From an uncultured virus (IMG/VR IMGVR_UViG_3300033153_010090) (lineage: Duplodnaviria; Heunggongvirae; Uroviricota; Caudoviricetes): 64,000 nucleotides of DNA. The translations under genes and the position numbers were made by a program. Location: the IMG/VR virus record IMGVR_UViG_3300033153_010090; one strand, given 5' to 3'. How positions within the stretch are numbered: position 1 is the stretch's first letter; every line of letters begins with the position of its first letter. The notes below the pieces were generated by a model. That model was given only the letters and a program-made list of their open reading frames with translations. It had not been told where the DNA came from and searched no databases. This document shows, one piece after another, positions 49,896 to 57,806 of this stretch.

Positions 49896-50349
49896 TGTGT
49901 CCCACCGTGTAAGTCTGCTTCCAAGTGAACTTCGCGTACTCAGGTGCCAAGAGTTTGAGGTCCGTTCTCAGAGCTCCCAGGAAGACGATCCCGTCGTCGA
50001 GGGCTGGCCTGGTGTTGAGGACCGAGAGGTAGAACTGCCGCATGCAGATGTCCAGCTGTTCTGCGGCATTAGCGTTCCATGCCTCGTCAGTTCGGCTCAG
50101 TGCCAGGCCAATGGTCCGCTGCTGTACCCACATTGGGTGTACAAGCTCGTCCGCATGCTCCACGCGCGTGATCTTCAACCCCCTCGTACGATCAACGAGG
50201 GTGACCTTGCTCCACCTTGCAAAGAGATTGTTCGCCAGCTGAGCGTCTGTCAGTGCCGCGTGAATGATGTCGATGGGCATGACGTCTGCCATCTCGACAA
50301 CTGGTGCGGAGGAAACCTTGAAGGTGTTCATGGTGGGGGAGTTAGACAT
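49837..50349 (-). CDS. Hypothetical protein
   Basis: 170 aa. Confidence 0.65.
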   Translation of the reverse strand: MSNSPTMNTFKVSSAPVVEMADVMPIDIIHAALTDAQLANNLFARWSKVTLVDRTRGLKITRVEHADELVHPMWVQQRTIGLALSRTDEAWNANAAEQLDICMRQFYLSVLNTRPALDDGIVFLGALRTDLKLLAPEYAKFTWKQTYTVGHSEEEARNRALGAAGPKAAV

Positions 50350-50396
50350 ACGTTGTATGTATTGTCAACACAGCTTCGTAATGCCGCGTAACTGCA

Positions 50397-50426
50397 GGCT
50401 AAAAGAGGTGGGCAGAGCCCACCCCT
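50397..50426 (-). terminator. Hairpin + TTTTAGCC terminator after the recA-like gene
   Basis: Minus strand AGGGGTGGGC-TCT-GCCCACCTCT-TTTAGCC. Confidence 0.7.
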
Positions 50427-50428
50427 AC

Positions 50429-51361
50429 TCACCCCAGGAGTACATCCTGAAGTGATGAAAGAAGGCCGGGGGTCGAGCCTAGTGCCGCGGCCGCCTCCTT
50501 CTCCCCATGCCCCAGTTCCTCTCCATTGAGATAGTAGCGGGATCCAGCCTGCTCAATGTAGCCACGCTCAAGAGCAACACGCAGTGTGTCGAGGGAGACC
50601 TGCACGCCGTAACCCTTCCTGACCGGGAGCTGCACCAGTACAGCAGGCTTCGACAGCACGTTGGCCTCAATGTTCACCACCATGGTGTAGGTGTCCCGGG
50701 AGACCTGGTCCCTCCCGACCTCGAGCCTGACGTTGAACAGGTCCGTGAACCGCCTGGCCGCCGTCTCAGTACCCCGCGTGAGCACCTTCCCGGGTCGAAT
50801 TGACCTACGAGCTCGCGACTGGTTCGTGACCACCACCACCGAGCTCGATGAACAGACAGATGAAAGAAGGGAGAGGAAATGGAAGACCTCCTCGTTCCAG
50901 TTCTCATAGCTCTCATCTGCCGGGCGTAGCGCTGTCAACGAGTCAACCGCGAGTAAGCGGAAGTCCGAACAAAGAAAGTCCCGGGCCAATGGCTGCACGC
51001 TACCGATGCTCCCCCTGATGATGGCCAGCAGCTTCGGGTCTACCCCCAGATCTTCAAGGTAGGGGATGTCTAGGTACTCGGTGGGACAAAGTGCCGTTGC
51101 GAATTGCCTGCGCTGTGCTGCGCCGATGAGGTACCCCAGCAGGGCTGTCTTCCCTGTCGACTCGTCGCCGTGAAGCTCAACGATACCTGACGCCAACCCT
51201 CCCCCAAGTGCCATGTCCAAGCTGAGGATGCCTGTCCGGAGTGCGGGCCGAGGGAGCTCCTGCTCCTCATACGAAATATCCAAGATGTGGCTCAGCGCCC
51301 GACTGGCGCGTGCATTCCGTCGTGCGAACTGGTCACCAGCCCGCTTCAGTTCTTCGTCCAT
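50429..51361 (-). CDS. recA: Divergent RecA-like ATPase/recombinase
   Basis: TGILSLDMALGGGL, GIVELHG, Walker A GDESTGKT, Walker B LLAVDSL, VVTNQ, C-terminal IEQAGSRY..NGEELGHG. Confidence 0.85.
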   Translation of the reverse strand: MDEELKRAGDQFARRNARASRALSHILDISYEEQELPRPALRTGILSLDMALGGGLASGIVELHGDESTGKTALLGYLIGAAQRRQFATALCPTEYLDIPYLEDLGVDPKLLAIIRGSIGSVQPLARDFLCSDFRLLAVDSLTALRPADESYENWNEEVFHFLSLLSSVCSSSSVVVVTNQSRARRSIRPGKVLTRGTETAARRFTDLFNVRLEVGRDQVSRDTYTMVVNIEANVLSKPAVLVQLPVRKGYGVQVSLDTLRVALERGYIEQAGSRYYLNGEELGHGEKEAAAALGSTPGLLSSLQDVLLG

Positions 51362-51384
51362 AACTAACCTCCTGCTCCATCTCG

Positions 51385-51420
51385 CTTATCGCGAAAAAAA
51401 CAGGATGTTTGCGGCATAAG
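51385..51420. promoter_or_regulatory. Divergent pair of ATAAG promoter motifs
   Basis: Plus-strand TGCGGCATAAG 51410-51420; minus-strand variant TTCGCGATAAG 51395-51385 facing the recA-like gene. Confidence 0.6.
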
Positions 51421-51461
51421 AATCGCAAGTAGCCTGCACTTATCCGTCAACAGGAGGCCCG

Positions 51462-52253
51462 ATGAAACCGTCACCCACCAAGATTCAACAGCTTTTAGTA
51501 GCAGACGAGGCCCATCTCGTCGATGTCGCGGAGGAGCTCGGTATCCCTGCACACACCGCCAAGGGATTGAAGCTCCACTGGAGCAGAAAGATCGAGCGAA
51601 AATGCACCCTCTGCGGCACACCGCTGGCAGACAACTACGGCCTGTGCCTGCCCTGCAAGCATAGGCCATGGCACAAGAATGGAGGTACAAAGACAAGCAG
51701 CGAAATCGACAAGAGGGGAGTGGTCCAGCTCCTCAAGAAAATGCCGTCCAACGAACCCATCAGTGCGCCGGTGTACTGCGGAGGATGTGGTCGGCAGTTC
51801 CGCTGGACCGTGAAGCAGGTGCTCGAGCAACACAAGAAGGCGGGGCTGTTCGTCCCGCCGAAGTTCTGCCCCGACTGTGAGCACCAAAAGCTCATCGACC
51901 GGGGACGTCTCAAATTCAGAGGGTTCATGAACCTCGGGCAGCTCATCAACCGGGACGAGTTGCCGAACCAGGAGAAGAAGAATGAGCGCAGACAACGGAA
52001 ACACGCAGCAGCAGACCATGTTCCCCCAGCCCGCGGACTTCGCTCAGGAGATCGTCAAGGCGATGGCCGCCATGCAGCAGCCGCAGCCGCAGATGGGACA
52101 GCCGGTGCAGCAGCAGGTGCAGCAGCAGCCGGTCGAGCAGAGCAACATCGACCCGTCGATGGCGGCGATGCTGCTCGAGTGGGACCGGCTGGGAAGCATC
52201 CAGGGTCAGATCGGCGAGGACGCCCGCCACGGCGTCGGCGTCCGCATGCTTGA
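51462..52253 (+). CDS. HTH plus zinc-ribbon protein
   Basis: LVDVAEELGIP; CTLC..CLPC; CGGC...PPKFCPDC. Confidence 0.7.
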   Translation: MKPSPTKIQQLLVADEAHLVDVAEELGIPAHTAKGLKLHWSRKIERKCTLCGTPLADNYGLCLPCKHRPWHKNGGTKTSSEIDKRGVVQLLKKMPSNEPISAPVYCGGCGRQFRWTVKQVLEQHKKAGLFVPPKFCPDCEHQKLIDRGRLKFRGFMNLGQLINRDELPNQEKKNERRQRKHAAADHVPPARGLRSGDRQGDGRHAAAAAADGTAGAAAGAAAAGRAEQHRPVDGGDAARVGPAGKHPGSDRRGRPPRRRRPHA

Positions 52254-52434
52254 CATGGCACGTGCCGGTAAGCGCCCCATCGTGCGGGACTACCAGCGCA
52301 TCACGGAGGACACGCCGATCTTCGCCGAGGCGTACGTCGCCGCGGACGTCTGGAGCAAGGGCTGCTCGCTGTTCCCCGAGTTCGTGCCGACCCCGATGGT
52401 CGCGCTGAAGATGCTCGGCGGTCTCTTCAACTAG
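51982..52434 (+). CDS. Hypothetical Gln-rich protein
   Basis: 150 aa; AGGAG RBS; followed by a terminator. Confidence 0.7.
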   Translation: MSADNGNTQQQTMFPQPADFAQEIVKAMAAMQQPQPQMGQPVQQQVQQQPVEQSNIDPSMAAMLLEWDRLGSIQGQIGEDARHGVGVRMLDMARAGKRPIVRDYQRITEDTPIFAEAYVAADVWSKGCSLFPEFVPTPMVALKMLGGLFN

Positions 52435-52449
52435 CGGCAGCTAGCGGCA

Positions 52450-52489
52450 GCGGTGGGCCCCCTCGAAAGAGGGGGCCCGCTTTTTCTTA
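52450..52489 (+). terminator. Intrinsic terminator
   Basis: GGGCCCCCTC-GAAA-GAGGGGGCCC then TTTTTCTTA. Confidence 0.85.
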
Positions 52490-52523
52490 TGGTAGACTCC
52501 ATCCGAATTCAGGAGAGTCCATC

Positions 52524-52769
52524 ATGAGTACCATCTCTCAGCTTCGAGTTGAGATGCACGAGAAGAACGGCCGGAAGGGCCAGTTCTTCGTCGGCAACAT
52601 CAACCTCCCGGCAAATATTGACCTCGACAACCTCATCGTCTTCTTCTACCCAAGAGGAGATGGAGACCGAGATGTTGCCGAGCTACTCATCGAGCAGTGG
52701 AAGGACAAGAACGGTGACTCGGACAATTCGTCTCCGAATCCTCCGCAATCTCGTAGCGGTAGAAAATAG
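52524..52769 (+). CDS. Hypothetical protein
   Basis: Extended -10 TGGTAGACT (52490-52498) and AGGAG RBS. Confidence 0.7.
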   Translation: MSTISQLRVEMHEKNGRKGQFFVGNINLPANIDLDNLIVFFYPRGDGDRDVAELLIEQWKDKNGDSDNSSPNPPQSRSGRK

Positions 52770-52876
52770 ATCAACTTTCAGTTTGACCCTCGTTCTTCAG
52801 CGGCAGTAGTCTGAATTTGATGACCCCTGTTCTCGACGAGAAATCCTTCATATAACCCTCTGTCCGGGAGAGTTCC

Positions 52877-53125
52877 ATGGCCAACATGGATCTACTGTCT
52901 ACGTGCCCCCAATGCCGCGGGGTGTGGCTCACTTCAACCATGAATGGGGGCTACTGCCACGTTTGTGCAGGACATCGAGAAGCTGCGCTGCGAAGAGCAC
53001 AGCAAGTGAAACCCACCAACGTAGTGCACAGACAACACGTGGCACTACACAACGAGGCAAAGCGTGGAATCAAAGAAGCCAGACTTATGTCCAGAATGCT
53101 GGAAGGAGAAACTCGACGGCTGTGA
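52877..53125 (+). CDS. Small zinc-finger protein
   Basis: CPQC...CHVC; GGAG RBS. Confidence 0.6.
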   Translation: MANMDLLSTCPQCRGVWLTSTMNGGYCHVCAGHREAALRRAQQVKPTNVVHRQHVALHNEAKRGIKEARLMSRMLEGETRRL

Positions 53126-53414
53126 TGACACCTCGGTGCAGTCAGGTCCATGCTCCTTCGGACGCTGCTCCAACGATGCTGAACGCGAAGCGGAACGCAT
53201 CCAGGCCCAAGCCAAGACCGTAATCCCTCAGCTGTACTGGAGACGCTGCTACGGCTGGGCCACCAACGACAAAGGCACACGCTACCCGGTCATGTCCATC
53301 GCGAACTCTGGTCACGACGGCATCACCCTGGTCCTCAGCAGCGGTACGTTGAAAGCCAAGAAGGCTTCCTCCTTCAAGATCCAGATCGACCGATACTACG
53401 ACGACCGTAATTGA
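53064..53414 (+). CDS. Hypothetical Cys-containing protein
   Basis: 116 aa. Confidence 0.6.
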   Translation: MESKKPDLCPECWKEKLDGCDDTSVQSGPCSFGRCSNDAEREAERIQAQAKTVIPQLYWRRCYGWATNDKGTRYPVMSIANSGHDGITLVLSSGTLKAKKASSFKIQIDRYYDDRN

Positions 53415-53424
53415 CCGCGGTCAA
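53411..53424. repeat. Dispersed palindrome, copy 5 (TTGACCGCGGTCAA)
   Basis: Perfect palindrome between a stop codon and an RBS. Confidence 0.8.
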
Positions 53425-53436
53425 CTAGGAGACAGA

Positions 53437-53901
53437 ATGGTGTCCATCCCGTTGCACCCTGAGAAGGGTGTGAACCCTCGTGTCATCGTGTGTGCGAACT
53501 GCGGAACCAGCACTGGCGTGGCCATGATGGGGAGGAAAGACAAAGTGTGGAAGTGTCTCAGCTGCAACCTCCACCACATCGGGGGAAAGCCTGAGAGTGG
53601 AAAGTGTCACTGTGGCGCGGACAACTTCGAGGACAAAGGAGCACTACCCGATAACGCCAAGATCCCTTGTGACCTCTGCGACGACTGCATGGCAAAGGAG
53701 CAAGCGTGCGTGGAGGAGGTGGAGAAGGGCGGAGTCTACTGGCGCTGTCTGGACTGCAAGGCCACTGGCGCGATCAAGGCTGAAGCTGCCACTGCCCAGG
53801 AGGTACGAAAGGCCCATGGCATCGAGGCGCCGGCACCGTGTGGTGTGGAGGTGACGAAGGACGACTGCCCTGTTTGCAGCGAGCCTTCGGAAGAGAAGTA
53901 A
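53437..53901 (+). CDS. Multi-zinc-finger protein
   Basis: SIPLHPEKGVNP..CANC and several further CxxC. Confidence 0.75.
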   Translation: MVSIPLHPEKGVNPRVIVCANCGTSTGVAMMGRKDKVWKCLSCNLHHIGGKPESGKCHCGADNFEDKGALPDNAKIPCDLCDDCMAKEQACVEEVEKGGVYWRCLDCKATGAIKAEAATAQEVRKAHGIEAPAPCGVEVTKDDCPVCSEPSEEK

Positions 53902-53936
53902 AACAGCGTACAATCAGGGGCAAGGAGGAAGGACGA

Positions 53937-54215
53937 ATGGGCTCTCTGTCAGATGAATTGGTGAAGCACGGGATGGTCACTGCTGAGCGCGCCATGCGTG
54001 TCGAGCGCGACAAGGGCGTCAACGAGGTGTTCACGGAGAAGGAACGCCAGACCCAGCGGGAAAAGAAGCTCAGGAAAGTACTGAGAGACCTTCTCAAGAG
54101 CGTGGACGACCGGGGTGTGATAGCGGATCGAGTTGAGGCCTTGTCTGAGGAGTACCGCGATGTCTTCGACCAAGTCGCCACTGAGTTCTCCTTCGACGTC
54201 AACCTCGGCCGGTAG
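53937..54215 (+). CDS. Hypothetical protein
   Basis: AGGAGG RBS; TACAAT upstream. Confidence 0.65.
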   Translation: MGSLSDELVKHGMVTAERAMRVERDKGVNEVFTEKERQTQREKKLRKVLRDLLKSVDDRGVIADRVEALSEEYRDVFDQVATEFSFDVNLGR

Positions 54216-54240
54216 CGCGAGCGCCTCTTCGGAGGATTGG

Positions 54241-54429
54241 GTGAACAACAAGGTGATGGGGGCCATCCACACGGCGCGGTCCGTGATCGATGAGCTCGAG
54301 CAACTGGTTCACTTCCATGGAGAAGAGAATCGTCTGAAGGCGAAAGCCAAGTTCGTCACGCTGAAGGACAAGGTCAACGAGATCTACGTCGAGTGCCTCC
54401 AGTGTCCAGGTGATGAGGGGGAGCCATGA
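54241..54429 (+). CDS. Small hypothetical protein
   Basis: GTG after GGAGG; stop coupled to the next ATG. Confidence 0.55.
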   Translation: MNNKVMGAIHTARSVIDELEQLVHFHGEENRLKAKAKFVTLKDKVNEIYVECLQCPGDEGEP

Positions 54430-55043
54430 TGACAATGCTCAAGAGGGTTTGGTTCGGTCTCTGGATCAGGGTCGCCTTCCTCCTCAACCTCCGGAAGCTC
54501 TCCTGTGGGTTCATGCGCTGGTGGAGCGGGGAGCGCAATGAGAAGAGGGCGAAACTCCCAAGGTTCAGCTCACCCAGCGAGCTACAGACCTACGTCATGA
54601 ACCGGTTCCAATACCGAAAGGACCAGTTCGAGTTGAAGGTCTTCAAGAACCGCTGGCTCTTCATGTGCGACTGGGTCACCGACCCTGAGGTCTTCCAGGC
54701 CAGGCTGGAGGACAGAATCACCAGGGATGGGGACTGCGACGACATCCACTTCTGGGCCGCGCACGCGCTCCTAGACGTCCCGGGCGTCACCGAGGTCTAC
54801 CTCTTGTCCTCCGGCTTCATCGGAGGCGCCCACGCGACCACGGTATTCAAACACGAGGGGCAGTGGCGTCACCTGGACTACAACCTCTACAACCTGAAGG
54901 ACCCGAACTCTGCGCCGGACGCGGTGACGGATCGGTACACCAAAGGTGGGAAGCCAAAGGAGACCACCTTCTGGAGCTTCGAGCGGGTCACCCATTCCAG
55001 CTGGAAGCCGGCCGCTATCGTCCCCATGAAGCTGCCTTCCTGA
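54426..55043 (+). CDS. Transglutaminase/papain-like cysteine-fold protein
   Basis: DGDCDD...GAHA...HLD gives a Cys-His-Asp triad pattern. Confidence 0.65.
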   Translation: MMTMLKRVWFGLWIRVAFLLNLRKLSCGFMRWWSGERNEKRAKLPRFSSPSELQTYVMNRFQYRKDQFELKVFKNRWLFMCDWVTDPEVFQARLEDRITRDGDCDDIHFWAAHALLDVPGVTEVYLLSSGFIGGAHATTVFKHEGQWRHLDYNLYNLKDPNSAPDAVTDRYTKGGKPKETTFWSFERVTHSSWKPAAIVPMKLPS

Positions 55044-55044
55044 T

Positions 55045-55055
55045 TTCGGTATAAG
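55045..55055 (+). promoter_or_regulatory. Phage promoter motif YGGHATAAG
   Basis: TTCGGTATAAG followed by AGGAGGCC RBS. Confidence 0.75.
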
Positions 55056-55083
55056 AATACCAGCACAACCATAGGAGGCCGAG

Positions 55084-55614
55084 ATGGATGAGAACATCGT
55101 CCGGGCGATTGGTGCAATCCTTTCGCACAGGGACAAAGAAGATCTCCGGGGAATCTTCGTTGGGTTCGCTATCGCGAAGGCGTTCGTCAACGAGAAGGGG
55201 GCTCAGGAGCTCTTCGAGAGTGGAGCCATCGCCGCTGACCGGGAGCTGAGCCTGCACCCCGGTCACGAAGGGGACGAGATCGAGGAGGTCACCAAGTACG
55301 CTGAGATGATCCGCGACTCCGCTGTGGAGTTCCTGCGGGTCAGGAAGCTCTCCGAAACCCTGCAGAAGGTTGCAGAGCTCTTCGGCCCAGAGATGGCGAT
55401 CGAGTTGGCCAAGAAGTCGGGGGCCGCGGTCGTGATCGGCGACGAGAACGGTCCGGGGGTGGAAGGATCGACGATACCGGGTCTGTCTCGAGAGTTCATC
55501 GAGCAGTTCATGAAGGAGAACTGCAAGGAGTGCGGGAAGGAGGAGTGCCCTGCGCACCCCGACAACGATGACGATGTGGTGGGTGACTACGACCCCAAGC
55601 GTCCGATACACTGA
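55084..55614 (+). CDS. Hypothetical protein
   Basis: 176 aa; C-terminal CKEC....CPAH. Confidence 0.75.
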   Translation: MDENIVRAIGAILSHRDKEDLRGIFVGFAIAKAFVNEKGAQELFESGAIAADRELSLHPGHEGDEIEEVTKYAEMIRDSAVEFLRVRKLSETLQKVAELFGPEMAIELAKKSGAAVVIGDENGPGVEGSTIPGLSREFIEQFMKENCKECGKEECPAHPDNDDDVVGDYDPKRPIH

Positions 55615-55760
55615 TGCTGATGTCAAAGAAACGTCAGCAGCTGGGGCTCTGGTGGCTACGCCGCGTCAACAAGGCCCTGGAGGGGAAGGACAGCCGTCGA
55701 AAGCTCGAGAAGCTGTCCCGGATGAGACCACCACGGTTCGAGCAGGAGGCCCTGCTGTGA
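55614..55760 (+). CDS. Small basic protein (48 aa, not in ORF track)
   Basis: TGATG-coupled; MLMSKKRQQLGLWWLRR...; followed by a terminator. Confidence 0.55.
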   Translation: MLMSKKRQQLGLWWLRRVNKALEGKDSRRKLEKLSRMRPPRFEQEALL

Positions 55761-55763
55761 GCC

Positions 55764-55794
55764 GGAGGGAGCTGCCCTGCAGCTTCCTTTAGCC
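55764..55794 (+). terminator. Hairpin + TTTAGCC terminator
   Basis: GGGAGCTGC-CCT-GCAGCTTCC-TTTAGCC. Confidence 0.7.
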
Positions 55795-55806
55795 TCGAGG
55801 GTAGAG

Positions 55807-56118
55807 ATGGCCAAGAACACCAGACTTCAGCTCATCGACCAGGCCCTGGGTGACCTACCGGTAGGAGCTTCCAGGGACCTTCGTGTGGCGCTAGCGATAG
55901 CAGCAGCATCCGCCCAAGACGGGGAGGCCCGATCGTTCCTACACGACCTCCTGTCCATCGTGGAGCAGCGTGTCGCAAGGATGCCTGGGTACGACAGGGC
56001 AGAGATCAAGCGCATCTACAGCGCAGCGCAGACGTCCATCTCTTTCATCGACCACATCATGGCGTCAGCTCAGCCGGCGGAGGATGAGGGAGAGAAGGAC
56101 CCGTTCTCGATCAACTGA
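55807..56118 (+). CDS. Hypothetical helical protein
   Basis: 103 aa. Confidence 0.65.
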   Translation: MAKNTRLQLIDQALGDLPVGASRDLRVALAIAAASAQDGEARSFLHDLLSIVEQRVARMPGYDRAEIKRIYSAAQTSISFIDHIMASAQPAEDEGEKDPFSIN

Positions 56119-56222
56119 TGCAGCTTTCCTAACACCAGCGACAGAACGACCAGGCCGCCCAGGATTGAGGCCATGATGCTCAGGACTGGACCCCAGACAA
56201 AGATGAGCGTCAGGCGACTCAT
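56070..56222 (-). CDS. Small single-TM protein (50 aa, not in ORF track)
   Basis: ATGA-coupled; MSRLTLIFVWGPVLSIMASILGGLVVLSLVLG. Confidence 0.55.
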   Translation of the reverse strand: MSRLTLIFVWGPVLSIMASILGGLVVLSLVLGKLHQLIENGSFSPSSSAG

Positions 56223-56644
56223 GTCTCATCCTCGGTGAGGACGGCAGGAGCCTGGTGCTCCGACCGCTCATCCTCGTCCAGGACCTCATTCGCGCTCTCA
56301 GGTGGCAGTTCACCGTCAGGCGGAGGTCCACCGGTAACCTGACGAGCAGGGGCCGCAAAGGGAGAGAGCGCGAGGCCGCCATCGGGCGTGGGCCAGAACA
56401 CACCAGCCGGCGCCATGTCGGCCTGAATGCCGGGCGGCACGTAGAAAGTGCCCAAGATGGTGATGGGCGGCTTGCTAGTGTCGACCGGAGCAGACCGAAC
56501 GGACGGGGCGCCCGGGGGCGGCCCAGGAGGACCACCAGGGATCGCAGGACCTCCCATAGCAGGAGGTAGCTGACCGAGGTCAGTGATGATCCGCCGTTCG
56601 TCCGGCGGTGGCATCTTCGGACGACCGTTGTCTCCTTCACCCAT
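56219..56644 (-). CDS. Pro-rich hypothetical protein
   Basis: AAGGAGG RBS; TGATACTCT extended -10 at 56677-56669. Confidence 0.7.
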   Translation of the reverse strand: MGEGDNGRPKMPPPDERRIITDLGQLPPAMGGPAIPGGPPGPPPGAPSVRSAPVDTSKPPITILGTFYVPPGIQADMAPAGVFWPTPDGGLALSPFAAPARQVTGGPPPDGELPPESANEVLDEDERSEHQAPAVLTEDET

Positions 56645-56699
56645 GACTTCCTCCTTGATGAAACCAGCAGAGTATCATTCTGGCACGAAGAGAGGTCAA

Positions 56700-56945
56700 G
56701 GACAACTTTTTGCGGTTTCTCTGTAACCACAGAAAACTCTTCTTCACTACTCACCGCCGTATACCCCCCCCCCCTAAGAATATAATACACTGAACACATG
56801 AATTGTTTATATATAGTATTAGGAGTAAGGGGGGAGGGGGGTACTTTTTCTGTCACGGAGAGACTCTCTCTTCTCCCTGTAGAGAAATCGCCGTTGGCGA
56901 TGAATGGTACATTCTCTGTTAAAACAGCGTGCACTACAGGCTTTG
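56700..56945. other. Candidate replication origin / AT-rich regulatory locus
   Basis: 54-bp core with 12 G+C, flanked by C11 and G6AG6 inverted tracts and TT(C/T)TCTGT-type repeats. Confidence 0.5.
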
Positions 56946-56947
56946 TT

Positions 56948-56958
56948 TTTGGTATAAG
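56948..56958 (+). promoter_or_regulatory. Phage promoter motif YGGHATAAG
   Basis: TTTGGTATAAG. Confidence 0.75.
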
Positions 56959-56961
56959 AAA

Positions 56962-57033
56962 GGTGCGGAGAAACGGTGATGGCCTCCATGACTCCGCTGG
57001 AGGTATGGGCCCTTCGGGGCCCTGCCTCTTTTG
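56962..57033 (+). ncRNA. Candidate small RNA 3 or attenuator leader
   Basis: Promoter followed about 45 nt later by AGGTATGGGCCC-TTCG-GGGCCCTGCCT-CTTTT. Confidence 0.4.
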
Positions 57034-57051
57034 ACTTCCTGAGGAGTGCAC

Positions 57052-57435
57052 ATGTTCACGCACAAAGAGATCGTCGGGGCTCTCGACATCAACCACCGGC
57101 AGCTTCTTTATTTTACGGATAAAGGGATCGTCTCTCCTGCTCAGCGAGCTGCGGGTCGAGGCTCCACTCATGTCTACTCGAATGAGGGCGTGGCAGAGAC
57201 TCGGCTTGCCATCCTCCTGCGCGACGCGGGCTTCACCTTCGAGCGCATCAAGGACATGCTGGACGTCTACCGCGCTCTGGTGGAGGAGGTGCAGCCTGGT
57301 CATCGATTGATCATTGACGGCGACCAAGCCTACCTCTCTGACCTTGGAGAGCAGCCCTTCGACAGTCCCGTCGGTCTCTCCCTCGACCTCACCGGCCTCG
57401 GTGCTCCGCTGCCCTCCGCCGAGAACGCCAGCTAG
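57052..57435 (+). CDS. MerR-family HTH regulator
   Basis: FTHKEIVGALDINHRQLLYFTDKGIVSP...GSTHVYS...LRDAGFTFERIK. Confidence 0.8.
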   Translation: MFTHKEIVGALDINHRQLLYFTDKGIVSPAQRAAGRGSTHVYSNEGVAETRLAILLRDAGFTFERIKDMLDVYRALVEEVQPGHRLIIDGDQAYLSDLGEQPFDSPVGLSLDLTGLGAPLPSAENAS

Positions 57436-57456
57436 TTCGGCCCTCCTTCTTGGGCT

Positions 57457-57528
57457 GGTGTCGCTCAGTAGCCTCCTGGTAATCCCCCCGCCAGGTCAGG
57501 GCTGCTGGGCGACACCCTTTTCTCTTTT
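57457..57528 (+). terminator. Long hairpin with U-tract
   Basis: GGTGTCGCTCAGTAGCCT pairs with GGGCTGCTGGGCGACACC, followed by CTTTTCTCTTTT. Confidence 0.65.
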
Positions 57529-57540
57529 GCCCGCGGTCAA
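57527..57540. repeat. Dispersed palindrome, copy 6 (TTGCCCGCGGTCAA)
   Basis: Exact match to the degenerate consensus, 12 bp upstream of a promoter motif. Confidence 0.8.
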
Positions 57541-57552
57541 TTAGACCCTGAT

Positions 57553-57563
57553 TTCGGTATAAG
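57553..57563 (+). promoter_or_regulatory. Phage promoter motif YGGHATAAG
   Basis: TTCGGTATAAG. Confidence 0.75.
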
Positions 57564-57567
57564 AATA

Positions 57568-57732
57568 GTGTGAAGAAGGAACGTGAGTTCCGTCTTCGGG
57601 TCCGCTGATCCGTCTTGCGGTGGTGCGGGTCTATGTAGTCGGGTTTTACCGCCACCCGGCGAGGGTCTGTGCTTCAAAGGTACCAGGCAGACCCGGAGAG
57701 AGTGTGCGCGCTGCGGCAGCACCTCTCTTTAG
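57568..57732 (+). ncRNA. Candidate small RNA 4
   Basis: Promoter to hairpin+TTTAG; stems GCGGT/ACCGC, GGGTCTG/CAGACCC, GAGAG/CTCTC; no credible ORF. Confidence 0.5.
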
Positions 57733-57758
57733 TTTGTACTCAGAATTCTTAGCCCCTC

Positions 57759-57769
57759 TTCGGCATAAG
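57759..57769 (+). promoter_or_regulatory. Phage promoter motif YGGHATAAG
   Basis: TTCGGCATAAG. Confidence 0.75.
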
Positions 57770-57806
57770 ACAGGTAGATAGCCCCATCTTTGCCAAGGAG
57801 GAACTG

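Noticed and set aside
44732..52434. Several long same-strand gene overlaps (170-272 nt) suggesting stop-codon recoding
   Set aside because: No common codon marks the expected ends; high GC3 makes stops rare in the shifted frame; all three stop codons terminate genes normally
52431..52450. Tandem CTAGCGGCAG x2 and nearby CAG-rich repeats
   Set aside because: A simple local duplication at a stop codon and Gln-coding low complexity
56065..57327. 420-aa minus-strand ORF crossing the AT-rich locus
   Set aside because: Atypical composition; overlaps better-supported genes and regulatory DNA
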